From positions 96,644 through 160,643 of the forward strand of contig CAINNF010000015.1 of NCBI GenBank assembly GCA_903851045.1: a stretch of DNA of 64,000 bases. Direction: 5' to 3'. Origin of the DNA: Candidatus Adlerbacteria bacterium (lineage in GTDB: Bacteria > Patescibacteriota > Minisyncoccia > Phycocordibacterales > SBAW01). Made by a program: the position numbers and the translations under genes. Of this stretch, positions 58,288 through 64,000 are shown one piece after another (position 1 is the stretch's first letter; each line of letters opens with the position of its first letter). Under the pieces are notes generated by a model, which saw nothing but the letters and a program-made list of their open reading frames with translations, made no database searches and was not told the origin of the DNA.

Positions 58288-59565
58288 ATGCGCACGAACA
58301 GCATCGACCAACTCACACGCTTCCTAAGACAGCCGATCGTGCTGTCCGTGGTATTGGGGGCGGCGATACTTGGGACCGGAGCGTACTACCTACTCCATCA
58401 GGCAACACCGCTCCCGCCTCACGATTCGTTGCAGACGCCGCCACAACGAACCTCCTCTGAGACTTCCTCATCCACACCAAACACTATAACCACCCACACC
58501 CCACCACAAGCCGATGAGGCTGTGGTCAGTTCGATATCGGACACAAATACTTCCGCCACCTACACTCCGCCACAAGCCGATGAAGCTGTGGTCAGTTCGA
58601 TCCGCTGGAAACCTCTTACGAACGCCAAACCGATGCGGGTGATAGACCGCAAGGACGACACGGTGAGCGTGTACGCCGTCGGGACCTTTACCACTGGCAC
58701 ATACAACAACAAGATACTCGCGCTGTATCGTGACCGCACCGGTGGTGACGACGCTGGGTATGGCTACTTTATTTCTGACGCATCGGGTACCCCTATTGCG
58801 TGGGATACATCGCTCTTGGTCGATTGCATGGAGATGGGAGGGTGCGCCCCGACGTACCCGGCTCAATGGCATGAAACCGCTGAACCAAAGATTGGCCTCA
58901 CCGATCTCTTACACACTACACTGTCCAGTGTCCCTGCCGAGTTATATACCGACTCCCCATTCATCACCCAGACCAAAAAAGCTTCTTTCCTTTCTGGCAA
59001 CGTGGACTTCACTGCCACCAACACACCAGGACAAGTCGTCGACATCACCGTGAGTGGCTCTACACTTGTGCGGACACTTGTCACACAAAGCGACTATCAA
59101 GCGCCATTCCTCCCTACATATGCCTATACGTTGCAACTGCCGTTCGGAGTTACCGAATCGGCATCGCTCGTGCCCCCATTCTTCGCGCACGACCCTTGGA
59201 AGCAGCGTCCGCCAGATATATCGTGGTCGACCGGGAGCACGAGCGTTGTCCGATATGATTGGTATACTCCCGAATATTATGCGGGACATGGTATACCAAG
59301 CTGTATGACCGGTATATCTTTTGCGCAAGCGCGAGCGGCGTTCATCATAACTGGCCACACAAAGGATGGCGAGCCTCTCTATGAAATAGACCCGGCCACA
59401 TATCCGAGCGTCAACCGATGTTTGAGTAAAGAAAGAGAAAGCACATCTACTCCGGACGAATTAGCCACGGCACATCCGCTCTTCTTCTGGCAAAGTCCGT
59501 ACGGCGAATGGGAAGCGTTTGTACGCTCCGACATACTTTCGACGGCGTGGTTTGGCCACGACTAG
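58288..59565 (+). CDS. hypothetical membrane-anchored extracellular protein with internal duplication
   Basis: N-terminal TM; TPPQADEAVVSSI twice; HPLFFWQSPYGEW. Confidence 0.75.
   Translation: MRTNSIDQLTRFLRQPIVLSVVLGAAILGTGAYYLLHQATPLPPHDSLQTPPQRTSSETSSSTPNTITTHTPPQADEAVVSSISDTNTSATYTPPQADEAVVSSIRWKPLTNAKPMRVIDRKDDTVSVYAVGTFTTGTYNNKILALYRDRTGGDDAGYGYFISDASGTPIAWDTSLLVDCMEMGGCAPTYPAQWHETAEPKIGLTDLLHTTLSSVPAELYTDSPFITQTKKASFLSGNVDFTATNTPGQVVDITVSGSTLVRTLVTQSDYQAPFLPTYAYTLQLPFGVTESASLVPPFFAHDPWKQRPPDISWSTGSTSVVRYDWYTPEYYAGHGIPSCMTGISFAQARAAFIITGHTKDGEPLYEIDPATYPSVNRCLSKERESTSTPDELATAHPLFFWQSPYGEWEAFVRSDILSTAWFGHD
58492..58601 (+). repeat. intragenic direct repeat, about 44 bp, 66-nt period
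   Basis: CCACAAGCCGATGA(G/A)GCTGTGGTCAGTTCGAT occurs twice. Confidence 0.8.
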
Positions 59566-59587
59566 CGTCGCGTGGGTATACACCAGG

Positions 59588-61243
59588 TCAGACGACGACC
59601 AGTGAGCCTGCCATGTGTTCTTTCGCGGCTTTGATGAACGCGACAAAGAGTGGGTGTGGGTTCAGTGGGCGCGATTGGAACTCGGGGTGGAATTGGGTGC
59701 CGACGAAGAACGGGTGTTCGGATTTGGGGAGTTCGGCGATCTCCATGAGGATCCCTGATGGTGACTTGCCCGAGAAGACCATACCACTCTTCTTTATGCG
59801 TTCAATGTATTCGGGATTCACTTCGTAGCGGTGGCGGTGGCGCTCGGTGATGGTGTCTTTTTTGTATGCATCATGCGCGATGGTACCCGGTGTGAGCACA
59901 CAGTCGTAGGAGCCCAGCCGCATCGTGCCACCATAATCGGCCTTGGTGAGCTTCTCGACCTGGTCGGGCATCACGTCGATGACCGGGTGCGGTGCCGCCT
60001 TGTCGATCTCTACCGTGTTGGCACCGTCGAGCCCTGCTTTGTGGCGGGCGGTCTCGACGACCGCAAGTTGCATACCGTAGCACAGACCGAAGTACGGGAC
60101 CTGGTGTTCGCGCGCATACTGCACGGCAGCAATGATACCTTCGACACCGCGAGTGCCAAACCCACCCGGCACGAGTACGCCGTTGTACGAGCCGAGGTCG
60201 TCCAGTTTGCCTGGATCCTTCTCGTATACCTCCGAGTCGAGGTAGGAGATCTGTAATTTGACATCATTTGCGTACGCGGCATGTTTGAGCGACTCCAGGA
60301 CCGAGATATAGGAGTCCGCGAGCACGAACTCGCCCGACTCGAAGTACTTCCCCACCACGGCTATCCGCAGCGTCTCACCGCCGTTCTTCGATTTCGCGAC
60401 GAACTGCTCCCACTGCGAGAGGTCGGTCGGCCGCCTGTCGAGCCCGAGCACATCGCAGAGGATGTCGCCCATACCGTCCTTCTCGTAGTTGAGCGGGACC
60501 TCGTAGATACTACTGACATCGGGTGCGGAGATGACGCGCTCGGGGAGGATGTTACAAAATATCGCGATCTTCTCCTTTCGCTTGGCATCCAAGGGCACTG
60601 TCGCGCGTGCGAGGATGACGTCGGCTTGGAGTCCCACGCCATTGAGCGAACGAGCGGCATACTGGGTCGGCTTCGTCTTCATCTCGCCGATATTGCCGGG
60701 GATAGGAACGTAGGAGAGCATCACGACGGCAACATCACGTGGATACTTTTGTTTGAGCATGCGCGCCGCTTCGAGAAAGATGATGTTCTGATACTCGCCG
60801 ATGGTACCGCCGACCTCGATCAGCGTGATGTCCGCGTTCGCACCCTTTTGCGCCTCACTGATACGGCGCAGCACCTCCAGCGGGATATCGGGCACCACCT
60901 CGACGTTCTTGCCGCCATACTCTAAGTTGCGTTCGCGTCGGATCACCTCCTGGTAGACGCGACCGGTGGTCATGTAGTTGATGCTCGGCAGTGTCGTGTC
61001 GAGGAAGCGCTCATAGTTGCCCATGTCCTGGTCGGTCTCGTAGCCGTCCTCAAGCACGAACACCTCACCATGCTCGGTGGGGTTCATCGTGCCCGCGTCG
61101 ACATTGATGTAGGGGTCGATCTTGATGGCGGTCACATTGAACCCTTTGGATTTTAAAATGCGTCCTATGGAGGACGTCGCGACACCTTTCCCGATACCCG
61201 ACATCACCCCACCAACCACGAAAATGTATTTCGGACTCGCCAT
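59588..61243 (-). CDS. pyrG: CTP synthase
   Basis: GGVMSGIGKG, KIDPYINVDAGTMNP, KTKPTQ, PGGFG, GLCYGMQ, ERHRHRYE, QFHPEF. Confidence 0.99.
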   Translation of the reverse strand: MASPKYIFVVGGVMSGIGKGVATSSIGRILKSKGFNVTAIKIDPYINVDAGTMNPTEHGEVFVLEDGYETDQDMGNYERFLDTTLPSINYMTTGRVYQEVIRRERNLEYGGKNVEVVPDIPLEVLRRISEAQKGANADITLIEVGGTIGEYQNIIFLEAARMLKQKYPRDVAVVMLSYVPIPGNIGEMKTKPTQYAARSLNGVGLQADVILARATVPLDAKRKEKIAIFCNILPERVISAPDVSSIYEVPLNYEKDGMGDILCDVLGLDRRPTDLSQWEQFVAKSKNGGETLRIAVVGKYFESGEFVLADSYISVLESLKHAAYANDVKLQISYLDSEVYEKDPGKLDDLGSYNGVLVPGGFGTRGVEGIIAAVQYAREHQVPYFGLCYGMQLAVVETARHKAGLDGANTVEIDKAAPHPVIDVMPDQVEKLTKADYGGTMRLGSYDCVLTPGTIAHDAYKKDTITERHRHRYEVNPEYIERIKKSGMVFSGKSPSGILMEIAELPKSEHPFFVGTQFHPEFQSRPLNPHPLFVAFIKAAKEHMAGSLVVV

Positions 61244-61255
61244 GTACGTTGTGTA

Positions 61256-62188
61256 TTAAATTCGTAAATATCTGCGCACCGCCAAGAAACTCGCGATCGC
61301 CCCGAGCACCACCCCCGTCCCCACGATGATCAGGAAGAAGAGCGGGAAGTGCAGGAGGTAGTAGTTGAAGATGTTCACCCCGCCAAAGAAGTCGGCGGTC
61401 GCGCGACCGAGGTAGTAAGTGAGCGGGTAGAACAGCAGCAGCGTGAGGAGCCCCGCGATAAGACCATAGAGCATCCCTTCGACCACGAAGGGTGCGCGAA
61501 TGTATAGCTGGCCGGCACCGACAAGCCGCATGACCTGTATCTCGTCACGAGAGACATAGATAATGAGTCGGAAGGTGTTGAAGGATATCGCGAGCGTCGT
61601 CAGGATGAGTATGATAACGATGATAAGCCCTAGACGCTGGGACGACGCGGTGATGGTCTGCAGTTTATCGAGCGCCGCCCGGTGGCTCGCATCGAAGTAG
61701 TTTATCTTGTCGATGATGTTGGTGTTCCCAGTCGCGGCGTCCTGCTGTTGCCTCAGGAAATTCGCTATCGCGTCGTACTGCGAGATATCCTTCGCTTTGA
61801 TGTTTAGTACGGCACCCAGCGGGTTCGTCCCGAGCTCATCGAGCGCCTGGAGCGTCAGCTGGTCGTTCTGGTGGCGCGCACGAAAGGCGGCCAACGTATC
61901 GTCCGCCGAGACATACTCGACCGACTGCACCTGCGGTTGTGCTTCGACCGTCTGTTTGAGCGCCAGTATCTGGTCCTCGCTCGCGGTCGTCGTGAAGTAG
62001 ACGTTGATGTCGGCCTTGTCGCGCAGTTGCGCAAGCGTTGTCGTGAGTATGACGCCCGCGAAGATAGTGGTCCCCACCACGAACAGAGTGACCGTCATCA
62101 CGAGAATCGATGCAAGCGACACGAAGCCGTTCCTCCAGAAATCGAGGAAGCCCGCACGAATGACTCGCTTAATGGTGACAAGACTCAT
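61256..62188 (-). CDS. ftsX: cell division permease FtsX
   Basis: [19 protein letters not shown]; directly downstream of ftsE. Confidence 0.96.
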   Translation of the reverse strand: MSLVTIKRVIRAGFLDFWRNGFVSLASILVMTVTLFVVGTTIFAGVILTTTLAQLRDKADINVYFTTTASEDQILALKQTVEAQPQVQSVEYVSADDTLAAFRARHQNDQLTLQALDELGTNPLGAVLNIKAKDISQYDAIANFLRQQQDAATGNTNIIDKINYFDASHRAALDKLQTITASSQRLGLIIVIILILTTLAISFNTFRLIIYVSRDEIQVMRLVGAGQLYIRAPFVVEGMLYGLIAGLLTLLLFYPLTYYLGRATADFFGGVNIFNYYLLHFPLFFLIIVGTGVVLGAIASFLAVRRYLRI

Positions 62189-62227
62189 CGCCTTCCAGTA
62201 TACCGCGCGATACGCACACGGGGCAAC

Positions 62228-62908
62228 TTACAGTATGTACTTCCCTTCCCGGTCGTCTCGCACCACACGACCGCGGTCCATGGTGATGACCCGCTTCTTC
62301 AGTGCATCGATGACCCCCTTGTTGTGCGTTGTGAGGATGATGGTCGTACCAAGATCGTTGATCTTTTTGAGGATCTGCACGATCTCGAACGTATTGACCG
62401 GGTCGAGATTGCCGGTCGGCTCGTCCGCAACGATGACATCCGGTTGGTTCACGATCGCGCGCGCGATCGCGACCCGTTGCTGCTCTCCACCTGAGAGCTC
62501 TCCTGGAAAATTGTTGATCTTGTCCTGCAGGTCGACGAGCTCGAGCACATGGGGCACGTCCGAGCGGATCTCGTCCTCGCTTCTGCCTGCCGCCTCCATA
62601 GCGAACGCGATGTTCTCGTAGGCGGTCTTGTTAGGTAAGAGCCGAAAGTCCTGAAAGACGGTACCTATCTTGCGGCGCAGACTGTTGATGCGGTGGAGCG
62701 GCACTTCGTGGATGTTCACCGACTCGAAGAAGACCGCACCATTGGTCGGTTTCTCCTCGGCGAGGAGCATCTTCACGAGCGTCGTCTTGCCCGCGCCGGA
62801 GTGCCCAACGATAGATATGAACTCCCCCGGTTCGACCGAGAAGGAGACGTCCTCAAGCGCAACAGAGTTGTCGGGGTATATTTTACTGACACGATCGTAA
62901 TATATCAT
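62228..62908 (-). CDS. ftsE: cell division ATP-binding protein FtsE
   Basis: [39 protein letters not shown]. Confidence 0.97.
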   Translation of the reverse strand: MIYYDRVSKIYPDNSVALEDVSFSVEPGEFISIVGHSGAGKTTLVKMLLAEEKPTNGAVFFESVNIHEVPLHRINSLRRKIGTVFQDFRLLPNKTAYENIAFAMEAAGRSEDEIRSDVPHVLELVDLQDKINNFPGELSGGEQQRVAIARAIVNQPDVIVADEPTGNLDPVNTFEIVQILKKINDLGTTIILTTHNKGVIDALKKRVITMDRGRVVRDDREGKYIL

Positions 62909-62997
62909 TGTGAAGAATGAAGGATAGGCGGGCGACTGTCCCATTGTAGTACGAGACAGTACCCCCATGCAAACCTTTCATTGGTCTTGCCGTGCAC

Positions 62998-64000
62998 CTA
63001 TCGTTCCTGATACAGCGGCAGGATCCCGACCGTCACCTGCGTTGACGAGGCTCCACACGTAAGCGTGAACGCTTGTGTGCCTGTCGGAGACACTTGTGTC
63101 GTTGTTGGAGTAATAAACCCTATCACACTGCCCGGTGTTGATGTCGAAATAGAAAGTCCGGGTCCGGTGAGCATGCAACTGGTCACATACTGAGCGGACC
63201 AGTTGAGCGTCGTCTGTCCCCCCGCCTGGGTATGCCGACTCGATGCGGTCAGCGATAGTTGTGGGGTACAGTAGGAGTTCGGGGGTGCGCTTACCGCGCA
63301 ACTGCAGTCGGTCTGGACGATCCCGGTCGTCGTGGACATGCCACATAGGTTCAACGCGGACGCAGAGCCGGTGCACTGTGCTCCCGGTGCAGGATTACAC
63401 GCTGGTGCGGATACGACTACGTTCGTCCATGACCCGCAGTTGTTCCCGGCGTTCGCTAGTGCGTTCAAGCCTTCGTTCGACTCGGTGACTTGACGATTAG
63501 TGCCATTCCTGTCCGCCATGTCGGCACACAGCCGAAGTGAGTACGTCGCTACGCTCGAAAATTGCGTCGTGAGAGAAGCGGTATCCGAGTTGCCGTTGGC
63601 AAGGGTGCTCATGGTAGAACCGGTAAGATCAGATACGGCGCCAGTGCCGCCTGGACCAGTCGCACTTTGGAAGAAATACGGGAAGGAACTACCCGTACCC
63701 GTGGTTCCAATGTTCGTAATCGTGCCCGAAAACGTTGCGGATAGGTTCTGCGTGGCGGTCGTCGGGGTGATGCTGCCTGTGACGGTTAGGTCTGGGAGAC
63801 CCGAGGTCAGTATGTTCGATCCTGTGGTGGTTGCACTACTGCCGCCCGCACCAATAGCGGATACGGCCCATTGATAGGTCGTGAAGCTTGCGGTAGGGAT
63901 GCCACCGATCGCGGGAACCGTTACCGTTTTAGTGCATCCTGCGCCGCTCGACGTCCAACCGCCCGATGTTGGACAGGGGGATATCCATGCGATATAGGAT
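62998..64000 (-). CDS. C-terminal part of a large surface protein with CARDB/Ig-like domains (start outside window)
   Basis: The frame extends upstream of the listed ORF: PDLTV..TITNIG..CAD..ESNE..NNC, then TTLNWS..C..FTLTC. Confidence 0.8.
   Translation of the reverse strand, partial: SYIAWISPCPTSGGWTSSGAGCTKTVTVPAIGGIPTASFTTYQWAVSAIGAGGSSATTTGSNILTSGLPDLTVTGSITPTTATQNLSATFSGTITNIGTTGTGSSFPYFFQSATGPGGTGAVSDLTGSTMSTLANGNSDTASLTTQFSSVATYSLRLCADMADRNGTNRQVTESNEGLNALANAGNNCGSWTNVVVSAPACNPAPGAQCTGSASALNLCGMSTTTGIVQTDCSCAVSAPPNSYCTPQLSLTASSRHTQAGGQTTLNWSAQYVTSCMLTGPGLSISTSTPGSVIGFITPTTTQVSPTGTQAFTLTCGASSTQVTVGILPLYQER

Noticed and set aside
58492-58601. Intragenic repeat as a DGR template/variable pair
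   Set aside because: Short in-frame tandem duplication with mostly synonymous, non-adenine-specific differences, and no reverse transcriptase in the window.

Overview
Bacterial chromosomal window, genetic code 11. Gene content, short intergenic regions and TATACT-proximal starts suggest a Patescibacteria/CPR (Parcubacteria-like) genome; this is an inference. Core genes sit at the right end (tRNA-Gln(CTG), pyrG, ftsX, ftsE). Most of the rest is a mosaic of small housekeeping genes and accessory single-gene units, each with its own promoter, SD and terminator. Highlights: (1) a divergent PP2C / J-domain-Ser/Thr-kinase / vWA / barrel-only pyruvate-kinase-like module (39.8-43.9 kb); (2) two identical 130-bp long-hairpin elements with 12-bp terminal inverted repeats and stuttered ends, bracketing a 2.8-kb cargo that includes a Fic toxin-antitoxin pair (50.6-53.8 kb); (3) a metazoan-PAICS-like PurC-PurE fusion flanked by 35-bp direct repeats; (4) a LexA-like regulator with an AT-rich OLD-type ATPase/TOPRIM nuclease; (5) an FMN-binding/ApbE/RnfD-like-FNR flavinylation operon. 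No CRISPR array, rRNA, transposase or integrase was seen. All calls come from reading motifs by eye; no database searches were run.
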